From Dudresnaya verticillata (Eukaryota): 64,000 nucleotides of DNA. Positions 33,632 through 46,184 of the stretch are shown here, one piece after another. The notes beneath the pieces are model-generated. The model was given only the letters and a program-made list of their open reading frames with translations, had not been told where the DNA came from and did no database searches. The stretch lies in contig OZ374562.1 in NCBI GenBank assembly GCA_977862235.1, positions 1,860,001 through 1,924,000 on the forward strand. Direction: 5' to 3'. How positions within the stretch are numbered: the stretch's first letter is position 1; each line of letters starts with the position of its first letter. A program made the translations under genes and the position numbers.

Positions 33632-36600
33632 ATGTTAGATACTTACGGATCTAAGCGCATATTGACGCGCAATGGGGTTGCTGGTGATACAACTGACAAC
33701 CCGCCGCATGAAGCGGCTGCCCTTCGCCGACCTTGGCATCGAAGCCGAGATCGACGTGGGTTTGCGGAGACCGATCCGCTTTGTAGCCTTTCAAGGAGTA
33801 ACTACAAGGTCTATGCCGACGTAGGCACCAGACCATCGATGCTCGTGAGGTTGTTGACTATCCTCGACACCGGGGCAGGACCAAACTTTGTCTGCGCCGA
33901 CGTCCTGCCAAAGGACCACGAGAAGCTCATTAAGAAGAGCGACAATTTGCCAGGTGTCTCTGACGCGAATGGCAAGCCCTTGAAGCTCCTGGGCCATGTA
34001 TCTCTTTGCGTGAGACTTGGAACACGAACGGTTAACACCACGTTCCTTGTTTGCGAAAGACTCGCAGCGCCCATGATTCTGGGTTGCGATTTCAATGATC
34101 GCTTCGTTGAGGCGATTTTTCCTCGCAAGCCTGTGGTCGAGCTCGACGACGGGACCCAAGTTCCGATTGTCCGGAAGCCGATTGCACGTTTGCAAGGCGC
34201 GCCCCCGATGCCGGGAGCATCCAAGGATGAGACCGAAGTTAACGGTCGAGCTTCACCGAAGCTCAAAGTGACGCGAACAGTCACGATACCGGCCGGTACA
34301 CAGGCCTGGGTCCACGTAACCAGTGGACGAATTGGGCTCTCAGTACTCGAGCCATCCCCCGCGTTGTACGACAACCATCAGTTGGTAATGTCCAACGGCG
34401 TGGTGCACATAAAACCCCTTCGGGAGTTTAAAGTGCTTGTGGCGAACTTCTCTTCACATGAGAAGCGCCTGCAGCGGAACCAAGTAATTGGTTCGGTGCT
34501 GCCACACCCAAGGGGGTTAGTCTCCACCGTGGTAGAACTAGACCCGCTCTTGGCGGTTGAGTTTCAAGACTCACAACCAGTTGCGCCTAGCACGGCGCTT
34601 GAGAAGGGGGAGGTGACAAATCCCCAGGACGGCGAAGGCGATCCAGTTGACGCCGTCCCCCTTGACCATTTGGAACCTGGTCTACAGCGCAGCGTTCAAA
34701 ATATGCTGCGCCCGTTTGCGTCCATGTGGAACGGCCGCCTCCGAGAGATCCGGGCGACGATGCATCGAATTGAGCTCAAGGAAGGCTCGAGGCCCTGCCG
34801 AAGTCAACCATATCGGGCAGGACCTAAGGCTCGTGAGTTCGAAGAGCAAACGGTGCGCGAGATGGAAGCGCAAGGAGTAATCTCCAAGTCCCAGTCAGAG
34901 TGGGCGTCGCCAGTCGTCTTGGCTCCCAAGCACGACGGCACGTTGCGGTTTTGTGTTGACTACCGCCGGCTCAATGCCATGACTGTACGGGACACGTACC
35001 CGATACCTCGCATGGACGAGTGTATCGATTCGCTTGGTGACGCGAAGGCTTTCACAACCCTTGACTGTAACTCCGGGTACTGGCAAGTCCCAGTTCACCC
35101 GGAGGATCGTCCAAAGACTACGTCACCTGTCATGCAGGTACGTATCAGTTCAACCGAATGCCCTTTGGGCTTATGAACGCCCCTGCAACCTTCCAGCGTA
35201 CACTCGATATTTTGTTGAGTGAGTACCGCTGGAAGAGTTGCCTCGTCTACTTGGACGACATCATTGTCTTTTCGAAAGACCACGCGTCCCACTTGAGGGA
35301 CGTTGAGGAGATCTTATCCTCTTTGAAGGAGACGGGTATTAGCCTCAAGTTGAAGAAGTGTGGCTTCTTTTCGGACAGTGTCGAGTACCTCGGCCCCGTC
35401 ATCCGCCTGGGCGAACTTAAAGTCCACCCGCGGAACATCGTGGCCCTCAAAGAGGCCAAGCCACCGCGCACCCAGACAGAGCTTCGCTCTTTTCTTGGTA
35501 TGTGCAACGTGTACCGACGCTTTGTCGCGCACTTCGCGCGGATAGCATCTCCGCTAACACGGCTTCTCCGTAAAGGAGAACCCGACAAGCTCCGCCCCTT
35601 GGGCGAGGAGCAACTCAGCGCCTATGCGACGCTGAAGGGTGTTTTGATCTCACCCCCTGTCCTGAAACTGCCACGCAGAGGACTTCCATACGCATTGGAC
35701 ACCGATGCGTCTGCCGTACAGATCGGCTGTACCTTGCTGCAGACCCATGAGGACAAGCAGCGGTACCCTATTGGCTATTGGTCACGCCAACTCTCTCAAG
35801 CCGAGCGGAACTACTACACATCGGAACGAGAATGCTTGGCCATCGTTTGGGCCGTCCAGACGCTCCGGCCCTGCTTGGAGAGGGAGCGCTTCACGGTGAA
35901 TACTGATCACCACGCATTGAGGTGGCTGCTTAACCTCGCCGACGCATCGGGTCGCCTCGCGAGATGGCGACTCCGACTATCGGAGTTTGACTTTGAAGTC
36001 AAGTATGTGAAAGGCATCAAGCATTGCCTTGCCGACTCCTTGAGTCGGTTGCCCACTGTTCCGATTGACGAGGAACTTCCTTGCTTCGCCTTGTGTGAAC
36101 ACCTCGCCCCGGTGGATGAAGATCCGGAAACCGAGGCGATGCTCTTTGATTCAGAGCTCGACGACATCGTCGCTGAAGGCTTATTCGCCTTAGAGTCCAC
36201 GCCGAGTACAACGGCCATCTCCATTGAGGAGTTTCACCGAGAGCAGGTGAACGATCCTTACTGCAGAGAGCTCGCCTCTCGCCTTGAGAAGGGGGAGGGG
36301 AAGAGCGACTTCCTCTACAATGAGGAGGGTATCCTCTGCCGAAAGGCTCGCTTGGATGGAACAATCCAAAAGGTTGTGCCGAAATCGCTTCGCGATCGGC
36401 TGCTGCATGCCCATCACTACCCGGTGACCGCTGGTCACCCGGGAGGTAAGCGGTTGTTCTACACTCTTCGAGGTGTATACTATTGGCCGGGAATGTCGGT
36501 CGACGCATACCAAACGGTAGCGTCTTGCCCTGATTACGCAAGGGGTCGGGTTAAGCTCCGTAGGCATGGAGCGAAGCTTAAGCTCTTTCCGGCCACGGCG

Positions 36601-38615
36601 CCATTAGAGTATGTCTCAATCGACATCCTAGGGGAGTTACCCCGTACCAAGTTGCGTAACCGGTACTTGTTGGTGATTACGGACCGCTTTTCCAAGCTGG
36701 TCCGTACCATCCCACTGAAGCGCATCACTGCTGAGGCAGTTGCGCAGGCTTTCGTGACCCATTGGGTCTTCGTATACGGTATACCCATAACCTTGTTATC
36801 CGATAATGGATCTCAGTTCCAGTCAAGGTTCTTCCTTGCAGTGTGCAAACTGCTGCGAGTGAACAACGCCTTCACAACGGCGTACCACCCCCAAACTAAT
36901 GGGCAGGTGGAGCGTTTTAATAGAACGCTGACGTCCGCGTTGAGGCATTACCTCGCGGAGCATCAGAGAGATTGGGATCTCTTCAGTGATGCGTTGACGT
37001 ACGCATACAACTGTACGGTCAGTCGGATGACCGGGCTTAAGCCCTTTGACTTGGTCCTGGCACGTCAGCCAGGAGCACTGTCAATCAAGCAGGAACCGAA
37101 GCTTGGTCCAAAGGTACCCCTTCGCCAATACAAGGCAAGGTACCTGCGCTGGTTGAAAGCGCTGATGTCTACGGCGAGACAGACCTTGAGCGAGGGTCAA
37201 GCACGCTATAGGCGTGACTTCAATAGGAAAGTCCCGAAGCACCTGCCCTCGTATGAGGAAGGTGACTTCGTGTTCGTCGAACGCGAACGAAAGATGAGGG
37301 CCGATGAGAAAACGGCACGCGATCGGGTCAACAACAAGCTTGTACCCCGCGCGGAAGGCCCCTATGAGGTGGTGGCAGCAGATCCCCACACAGTTACTGT
37401 GTTGCGGGATGGTCTCAAGGACCGGGTGTCGAGGGACCGTGTCGTCAAGGCACCCCGACCCCCATTGACCAGTACGGATGGTCCACAGCAAGCGGTGAGT
37501 GAAGAACCGCAGACATCCCCGCCCTCGGGCGAGGTTGTCGAAGCGCAGACAGATGCGCAACCTCTTAACGATGAGGATTCCCGACGGAAGGGAACAGATA
37601 GGGCCGAACTCGATGGCCAAGGCAGAGACGCGACGCAGCGTCAACGAACAGAAGTCTCCCGAAGAGACACGCAAGCTCGATCGCTAGACGCGGTGCGCGC
37701 CAAGAGTGCGCGCGCTGGTGATCGGGGAAGCGCGAACAGTGGCGGTGACGAGCCACACCCTACGAAGGGGGAAGAAGCGCAGGAGGTACGCGCAAGAACG
37801 ATGAGGACCCCCGGATCGTGGCTTAGGGTCGGCACCGGTCGCGGAATGGCGGGCATTGAAGAGCCCCCGCAAGAGGCGCCCGGCGTCCAAACAAGGGCAG
37901 CCAGGGCGCGGAGCGGGGAAGCACAACCGCCACCCGCGGGAAGGGCGCCGAGATACCCCAGTCGGTGCGGGAGGCGCGAGATTTTAGTCCGCCAAAAATT
38001 TCGGACGACCTTCGGAAAAAGGCGGCAGGCTCCGAGCGCCGTCTGGAACCCAGCCATCAGGAACCGGAGACGGTTCGGACGGTGGATTTGACACCCCAGC
38101 GGGCACTTCCACGCCGCCTGGCCACATGGGAGGAAATCAGATCCTCACCCGCGTAAGCGGCCGCTTTGGCTCATGCCAGCCAGGCTGAGCTTCAGCGCCC
38201 TCGAGAGGTCGTGACCGAACGACTTGAAAGAGCGCGAGACGCTCCCCGACGCGATGCTTCCAGACTCAGCGTCACCCCAGACCCAACAGGATCGGCCAGC
38301 TCCATGGCCTTCGACATGACTCTTTTCGAGTCTCCCATCAAGCTATCAGCACCGATGGAGACGCCTACCAGCGTCACGCCTGCAGGCCGCGACGAGGAAT
38401 TCGTCATCCAATCCATCCTCTCCCATGGTGAGGATGACGATGGAGACCCGGTGTTCAGGGTCAAGTGGTATGGCTACCCCGTCGCAGAAGCGACGTGGGA
38501 ACCAGCCCACCACATTGACTATAATACTGTCACACGTTACTGTCGGCGGAAGAAACTCCGCATACCGGCTCGTGCCATTTGGCAACGTCCGGAGTCCGTT
38601 GGTCTGGACAACTAG
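33632..38615 (+). pseudogene. pol of the nested Gypsy (protease, RT, RNase H, integrase, chromodomain)
   Basis: LDTGAG, RFCVDYRRLN, YLDDII, DTDAS, IDILGEL, SDNGSQF, GPY and VKWYGY..TWEP. Frameshift near 35125 and breaks near 37960-38160. Confidence 0.95.
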
Positions 38616-38639
38616 ACGCATAGCAAGCCGAACGCGCTT

Positions 38640-38686
38640 TGGACGAGTATAAGCGTCAAACCGTGGACGAGTATAAGCGTCAAACC
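38640..38686. repeat. 24-bp tandem duplication
   Basis: TGGACGAGTATAAGCGTCAAACC occurs twice. Confidence 0.9.
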
Positions 38687-40126
38687 ACCTCTAGCCGCCT
38701 GGCGTTATGGGGATGGTTGGTGGAGGCTTTCCGCCTCGCTCACTAAGCCGCGACAACAGCGACAACCAGTGGTGCCGAGGCACAAGGCGCACCCTGATAT
38801 GTGGTCGAAGAGCCTCGGTGATTGCGCCTCCTCGGTGCTCACCACGCTGTGTCCAAGACAGCCTGCAGGGAGCGATTAACGCTCAATGTGCGATGCACAG
38901 CGGTCGTTCAGAACGACAGTGACAACCGTCGTGCAACACGACTACGGAGTCGGTGCTTCAACAGCAGCACCCGTCTGGACGCGAACATAGCGTCAGCGTC
39001 ACGATCGTGCCCTCGGCCTGCTAAAGCAGGCGCGATCGTCGGCATACGACCCTTCGTCGCCAGGGCCGACGTCGCAATACACGACTCAACGGGTGTCCAA
39101 CCCCGGCGCCGAATTAGGCGCGACATTGGCAGATTGCCAAACGGGCGCGAAGACAGCGCCATTATCGTGCAGCGAGACAAGCTGCTACGCTCGGGGTTCC
39201 CCCGAGCAAGCGACTGACGCCAGCGCAACAATGAGTGCGCCCCGCGCGGTGCGCGCGCACACGCTGCGACGCGCAAGCCCAAGCGCCAGCGCGCGCGCTT
39301 GTGAATCCGCGCAGCAAACAGCGCCCGCGTAACTTTGCGCGCGCCTAGAACAGCGCTACTGGTCCGCGCATGCGCGCCGACCCGCGCCGAACCGACGCTC
39401 TAATCCTGCACGGGTGTCCTTTTGCAACAGGACTTCGCGCTACGCTGCGCGCCGCTGTGGTACTGCAGCGCGCGCGCCGAGAGGAGGTACTCTCACGCCT
39501 ATGGCGCACGTCGCGTGATTTGCGACCAATTTGCGACGCGGCGACGCTGTGCGCCGGCGCGCGCACGAGGGCCATACTCTGGCCAGTGATTGGCGCATCA
39601 ATTTCTGCGCGATTTTCAGATCGGCGCCTGCGCTTGTGCTCGCGCGCGCACGCGCGCCTGGCGCAGGTTAATTTCTGATAATTTTCAGCCTTGATTTGCA
39701 AATGGCGCACGGCCGATTTTATTGGACAATTACGGCGCTTGGCTGACAGAGCGCTTACAGCATGCGCCAGCAATGCCCGCGGCTCCCGCTGAGGTCCGCA
39801 CGCACCGGGAATCATACCCCCGTGGCACCGCGGCTCACGCACGCCACCTCCTTGGTCCCACGACCATGGCGCACGCCAACCGCGCCCCGCAACGACACCG
39901 CGCGCCATGACCGCGCCGCGACGCAGAGCGGCAAGCCCATTAGCTGCAACAACCCAGGAAAGGGTGTGTTTCTTGACAACACAATGGCGCGAACGCATGC
40001 GCCCGTGGTTGAAGCCGGCCTACAACGCCGCTCCCACCATGCGCTTAACCCAGCGCTCTATTTGACCGTGCTTCCGGTCCATTCTCGCTCGTGCGGACTT
40101 CCCGCACCGAGCGCCGCTAATCGCGG

Positions 40127-42004
40127 CTACGACTCATGACCCCAAACTTCGGGTCCCGTTTTGCAAGGCAATTGGGCCTTGCCAGCGGACGACGGCGGCA
40201 TGCCGTCGCCACCACCAGCGCCCGCAGACGGCCCAGACTCTGGAGGAGGAGTCTTCTCCTCAATGTAATCCTGGGGATCGATCTCCCCTTCACCGCCTAC
40301 CGGCTCACCGGTAGGCGTCGGCGCGATTGAAGCGCCAAGCCCCACCTTGGGCTCAGCAGCCGCTGCAGCTGCTGGAGCAGCACCCGCAGCCGCCTCAACG
40401 CCTTTCGGCGCCAGAACTGCTACTAAGGTCGCTGGGGCTGTTGACGCCCCAGAATTCTGACGTGTCGGCACGTCCACGTCCATCGCGACCGGATCGTCTC
40501 CAGCTGCACCTGCCGAGGCAGGAGCAGCCACAGTCGCTGACGCCGCGACACCTGGGCCCCCAACGCCGCCCGCACCTGTCGCAGTTCCAGCGACCGCCTG
40601 TGTGGCAGCCGCCGCATACGACCGCACATGACCCAGGCCGTAGCGGCCACGACGGCGCGCCCGCGTGGGCTGTCCCGATGTCGCGCTACCGCGACGTTGA
40701 ACCTGCCCCGACAGGGGTGGGTAGCCATGATTGTCACCCCAATCACCCGGGCCACTCGTCACCATGGCACCAGCAGCAGCCTGCGATGCAGGAGCCGCTG
40801 CAGAAGCGCTACCAGCTTCACCATTTGGAGGCGCCACAGCCTCATCTTGAGCTGGGGGCGCAACGGCCCCCTTCAGCAGCTCCGGCTGCGTGACCTCGAA
40901 ATGGTCAAAGTCGAACCGAACCCAGGTTCCGCAGGTGGGGGTTCCCATATCGAAACCCCCACCCGGTGAGCGATTCACCTGGCGTGTACCACGCCGCCCT
41001 TGCCGACTGGGCACATCAGGCCAGTTAACCAGGCCATGGGCTTCAATAAGCCGCGGCAAGTGCACCGCCGCACCACCAAGGACTGCTGTGAAGTCCAACT
41101 TCTCGTATTTATCGAGAAGCTTGTAGGGCATGAGGTACAACCGCCCGTCAACCGCGCTCCATATCCAGCGCTTCGCAGTAATAGCCACCCACTCGGCTAG
41201 GAACAAGACCCATAATTTGTCTCTCGGGTCAGCCGCCAGCCTCAGACCAAAGTAGGTCAGGACTGGCGGCGCTTCAGCCGTGAAATCTAACGGCACCTCC
41301 CACTGGTCGAACCAGGCTGGGATGGCGGGATAGCGGGTGGAGAGCTCACTCGCCTTAAAGGTGTGAACCTCCACCCACTGGTACGCCAGGAAGACGCCGT
41401 AGCGATTACGCTCACGGCGCTCCCATTTGAGCTGATGCCAATAGCTCGCCGCGCTCTCCCGCTCGACGAACGAGCGGTAGTTCGCTGGCAGAATGGGGCG
41501 GCACCACGCCCAAAGCGACTCATGGACTGTGTCTCCAATGTCGCCGTCCAATATCTGGACCAACACGTCGAGATAATCGACCTCGCCCAGCGTGCGATAC
41601 GCCCACGTGTCAACGTCCATCCCTTGCGGGATGAGTTCGTTGCACGGGGTGCGCTCCACGCGGTCGACCCAGAGCCGCACAAAGGCTCGGCGCCTCTCAT
41701 CAGAGGTACGCCTATGGCGGGATGTCAACGCCTCGGGGTTCACGTTAATACGGAACACCCAGTCACGACTAGTGACAGCGAGCACGTGTAGCCCTCCGGG
41801 CAACGAGCCAGAGGCGTCCATGTAAGCCTCAAGAATGTCCGGGGTGCGAACGGACTCCATGTGAAACCATGGTGCTCTCTCGAAGAGCAGCGGGTGTTGT
41901 CGCATTGACTTCCCGCGCAACTGAGCCTCGGTTGCGAACCGGCTCGACTCAGGGACCGTCACAGGTCCAGATTGAAACACCAGGCGATGCCGGAAACGGT
42001 CCAT
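40127..42004 (-). CDS. 625-aa unknown protein, antisense ORF inside the retrotransposon 3' region
   Basis: Uninterrupted ATG-to-stop ORF. Trp/aromatic-rich globular-looking N-terminal ~370 aa and an Ala/Gly/Pro-rich tail. Confidence 0.8.
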   Translation of the reverse strand: MDRFRHRLVFQSGPVTVPESSRFATEAQLRGKSMRQHPLLFERAPWFHMESVRTPDILEAYMDASGSLPGGLHVLAVTSRDWVFRINVNPEALTSRHRRTSDERRRAFVRLWVDRVERTPCNELIPQGMDVDTWAYRTLGEVDYLDVLVQILDGDIGDTVHESLWAWCRPILPANYRSFVERESAASYWHQLKWERRERNRYGVFLAYQWVEVHTFKASELSTRYPAIPAWFDQWEVPLDFTAEAPPVLTYFGLRLAADPRDKLWVLFLAEWVAITAKRWIWSAVDGRLYLMPYKLLDKYEKLDFTAVLGGAAVHLPRLIEAHGLVNWPDVPSRQGRRGTRQVNRSPGGGFDMGTPTCGTWVRFDFDHFEVTQPELLKGAVAPPAQDEAVAPPNGEAGSASAAAPASQAAAGAMVTSGPGDWGDNHGYPPLSGQVQRRGSATSGQPTRARRRGRYGLGHVRSYAAAATQAVAGTATGAGGVGGPGVAASATVAAPASAGAAGDDPVAMDVDVPTRQNSGASTAPATLVAVLAPKGVEAAAGAAPAAAAAAEPKVGLGASIAPTPTGEPVGGEGEIDPQDYIEEKTPPPESGPSAGAGGGDGMPPSSAGKAQLPCKTGPEVWGHES

Positions 42005-43036
42005 CTCGCCACACGAAGCTGATTGATCTCAGCAAGTAAGTCCACAGACTTGTCGCGTTCACACTAGCGACTGCACAAGTTGGTTATACCAACACCGGTG
42101 CACAGCACTGTCGGGCAACTCCGACACAACAGCCCGTGCACACGGGCAACACGAAGCGCAGAACAGCAAGCAGCGCAGCACACGCGCACAACGACAGCGA
42201 GAGATGCACCTCGCACGACACAAGTGATGACGACTGTGTTCTGGTCGGGCTCCACCGACAATGAGAGTTACTCCTTGGCCTTGATATGGCCTCACTCGCG
42301 CACCGCGTTCAGGTGCAGCACCGACGACGAATGGTGCCTCGCGAAGACTTTTTCGCTTAATTTTTGAGCGTGGGCGCTCAACGCTACGAAGGGGGATCTG
42401 TAGTGCACTGGCACTCGCCCCATTCGCCTGATCCAATTCCGGATCCTTTGCCTTACAGGCGCGCTTTACAGGCGCATCGTTGCCGACTGACTGACAGCAC
42501 AGTCTACAGTAAGCACGAGCAGGCCCATTCAGCTCTCCACTCTAGATCTAGATCTAGCTCTAGCGCTTACAGCCTACAGTAGTGTAAGTGCGTCTGACGG
42601 CGCCGCCGCGCCGGCGGCGGTAGTACTTAGCCACCTAGGGCTGCACATCCGGTAAACGGAGGGGCATCGACCCTCGGGCCTAACACTTCGGTGCCAAGCT
42701 TGGAGTCGCGCGGAACCCGAGTAGCCTCACGCCTAGGACATCGGTGCCGACCGAGTCCACGTGAGCCTATCTGCCCGTGGACCTCCTTGAACGCAGATCG
42801 ACACCCGTTTACCAGTTCTACCGCGAGCTAGGTACGCTACCGCTAACCTATCTCTACTGTCTACCTTTTTCCCTTTTCCTTTGCCTTTCCCCTTTCCCTT
42901 TGGGTCCTTGCACCCTATCCTTTGCAGGGTGGTCTCCCGCACCGCGCCCGGACTGCGCGGGTGGCCTTACAATCAGGCCTTGCTTGTCCCTCCATCGGGA
43001 CCTGTCTTTCGTGGATTGTGAGTGCTCCACAGCGAA

Positions 43037-45380
43037 TGGCTACCGTTTGGACCCATCTCGCCTATCTGCCCTGAAGAAGATGCAGCCCCCAACTACAGCA
43101 GCCGAGCTGGCAGAGTTCTAATACTGTTGCAGATGGATGAGTACGGCTATTCCGGACTTCGCTCGGCGCATTGCGCCGCTGGCGCAGATATTAGAAGCCG
43201 CATACGCCAAGTCAGGCCGGCGCACAAAGCGATCCATCAAGAGCATACCGTTGCACAGTCTGTCTTGGGGCGCAGACCATCTCAAAGCATTTCAAGGATT
43301 GCAAGACACACTGCACAACGCAGTAAAGCTTTCCTACCCCAAACCAGGACACGCTATCTGCGTGTTTACAAACGCCTCAGACCGTTTCTGGTCCGGGGTA
43401 GTGACGCAAGTTCAGCCAGAGGAACTGAACCGCTCACTGGCAGAACAGAGCCATGAGCCCTTGGCTTTCATTGATTCCGAGTTTAAAAGAGCAGAGCTGG
43501 GATGGAGTACTTTTGAAAAGGAAGGCTTTGCCATCTTTCAAACGTTCGACAAACTTGACTACCTTTTACTTTCTGGAAACGCAATCCATGTGCATACTGA
43601 CCATTGCAATCTCATTTTCGTGTTCGCTCCACTTTCGATAGAGCCCTCACTCGGTCGACACGTTGTCGCTAAGGTACAACGCTGGGCTTTATTTCTTTCA
43701 AGGTTTCAGTACGTGATAGAGCACGTGAGTGGGGAAGACAACGTATTTGCGGACATACTGACGAGGTGGACGAGAGGCTATCGGGCGGACTCCAAGACTC
43801 CGAGAGCGGTGTGTAGTCTCTTACTAGAGTCGGCACAGCAGATTATACCTGCTGCAAATTCCTTCCAATGGCCTGACCTTACGAAAATAAGGGAGGCGCA
43901 GAAAAGGTCATCAGGTGAGAAGCGAAGCCTTAAGTGGGACCAAAGCGACAATTTGTGGAAGCGTGAAGGTCGTATTTGGATTCCAGATTCTGAGCTCGAG
44001 CTTCAGCTGAAGCTCTTAGTTGTCTCACACTGTGGATCGGTTGGGCACAGAGGTGTGGAAGGCACAAAGAGTATTCTCCGCGAACAATTTGTTTGGAAAA
44101 CCATGGCCCGGGACGTTGATGAACTGGTGAAAGGGTGTCTTCACTGTATCATCAGTCGCTCTGGTGAAATAGTCCCGCGGCCTTTAGGACATGCTCTTCA
44201 CGCCGAATCACCTAACGAAGCGCTTCACATGGACTTCTTGTATATGGGACCGGGATCCGATGGGAGCAAGTACCTCGTGCTACTCAAGGATAATCTGTCA
44301 ACATATGCATGGTTCTTTCCGACTGCGGAAGCAACAAGCGAGGCTGCAGCGGAAGCCTTAACCACCTGGATGGCAGCTTTTGGTAGCAGCGACTGGTATG
44401 TCTCTGATCAGGGCAGCCATTTTGTCAACAGACTTCTGGAGAGCCTGACCGAGGAATGGCGAGTGAAGCACCACTTCACTACAGCTTATACGCCTTGGGC
44501 AAACGGGACAATAGAGAGGCTTTGCCGTGAAGTTTTGCGCGCGTGTCGCGCCCTATGCAGTGAATGGAGCTTGGCTCCCAAAGACTGGCCCGCCGTCATT
44601 GAGTCTGTTCAATGCATAATTAACCAGGCCCCCTCGAAACGATTGGGTCTGAGAAGCCAAGGCGTTCCCGGAGTGTTTCGAACACCCCTAGAAGTCTTTA
44701 CTGGGCAACTACCTAGACGTCCCTTGATGCGTGCACTTCCTGTGACTAAGTATGCAGGCGCGAAGACTGTAGACGAAGTGCGGGCGCGACAACTTATCAA
44801 GGTAGATCTGCTGCAGGGAGCAATGGAAGATGTGCACAAGGAGGTTAACGAACGCGTAAATATATCTAGAAAGCGACAAGTTGCTGCCCACAACCGACGG
44901 ATAAATGTCCAGCCAGTCAACTTCACAGTGGGCGACTTTGTACTGGTGCGTCAAGCAAGCAAACGCACTCACAAGCTCAGTTTCAAGTGGGTCGGACCAT
45001 GTCGCGTGGTAGTGGTCAAGTCTGCAGTCGTATTTGTTGTCGAAGACTTAGTTCAAAAGAAGTCTGAGGTAGTACACGCCAGGCGATTGCTGCTTTATAG
45101 GGCAGATCTAGATGGGTTGGACGTTAATCCAGACCTTTTAAGGTCTGCTGCACACACAGAGGCCACTTACCAAGATGCCTTGTCACTACATGGAATCCGA
45201 GAGCGTGACGGGATTATTGAAATTCAAGTCAAGTGGGAAGGGTTACCGGACAAGATAGACATAACGTGGGAACCACTGAAAACATATATGAAGACCTGCC
45301 ACAGATGCTGGATACCTACCTGAGGTCGGACGGGCGTCCAGGACTCAAACAAAAGGCAAAAGCACTATGCTCTCTTTGAA
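43037..45380 (+). pseudogene. Outer Gypsy pol continuation (RT end, RNase H, integrase, chromodomain)
   Basis: Rejoins as VDANGYRLDP. Stop at 43119-43121. Motifs FTNASD, HMDFLYMG, SDQGSHF, NGTIER and VKWEG..TWEP. Confidence 0.93.
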
Positions 45381-45866
45381 CGACCAGTTTCAAAACAATG
45401 AAAATGGTCCTGGGGCGCTGTGGAACCCCACTGCAAATGCTTTTCGGGAGTCCTTTCCGCGAACCCCTTTTGGCGCGAAGGTCGGCTGACCGAAAGAGCA
45501 GCCCTGGAGAGTGTGACCAAGACAGGTGACAGACTGTCTCGGAGAAAACCTCGCGCTGGCTCGATTCAGGTTCCAGCACGAAAACGGAGGCGAGGGCCGA
45601 GTCGGGCCGGGAATGCGGAGAGGGACCAAAAACACAGTAAAGGCAGCGTCTGAGAAAAACCTTGATCGTGAGAGACGAAGAGGGTAGACGCCCTAGCCAA
45701 AGAACGTGCCATTTCCACTTTATCCTCTCTCCCTTGGCGAGCCCGGTGAGCAACAAGCGCTCCCCTACGGACGACTAGCGCCTGCGGCGCTACGGCGCTA
45801 CTGATCCGCTGCCAAACTGTCTTGACGGTATCGAGCCCCTTACGGATCTGCTGAGTGTCACAGTAC

Positions 45867-46184
45867 AAGCTCCGTTGGGAGGCGTTCATGTCTCAGCAGA
45901 TCCAGCAGGGCAACTGGATGGGTGCCGTGGATGGCTCTAGCGGGCGGTTGAAACCCCCTGGAAAGAGTCTGTTTCTTTCGCTCATTGCTGATGCTGTTGC
46001 CCACATTAATATCCAGAGGGATAGGAATGGCCTGAGTTTTGCCAGGAAGGCTATGATTGTTTGCGGCTTATCCTTGAACGTGAGCGGGCATTGGGAAGAG
46101 AAGCAGCTTTCCTCTCAACTTCAGGGCATTGTAGCACAGTACCTAGCACAGTACCGTGACCACTTTGACGGAAGGGTAATGTAA
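45867..46184 (+). pseudogene. pogo-type transposase relic, 3' part
   Basis: In-frame continuation of 29027-29143 after removing the LTR element (KLRWEAF...ARKAMIVCGL). Confidence 0.75.

Larger units (their letters stand above)
30784..43031 (+). mobile_element. Nested 12.2-kb chromodomain Gypsy element with an extra antisense ORF
   Basis: LTRs at 30784-31374 and 42399-43031. TSD GCGAA. PBS at 31381-31398 and PPT GAAGGGGGA at 42388-42396. Confidence 0.96.
29144..45862 (+). mobile_element. Gypsy LTR retrotransposon (internally deleted) containing a nested Gypsy
   Basis: LTRs at 29144-29586 and 45419-45862 (TGTGG..TCACA). 4-bp TSD GTAC. Removing it restores KDAY|KLRW in the target transposase. 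Confidence 0.95.
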
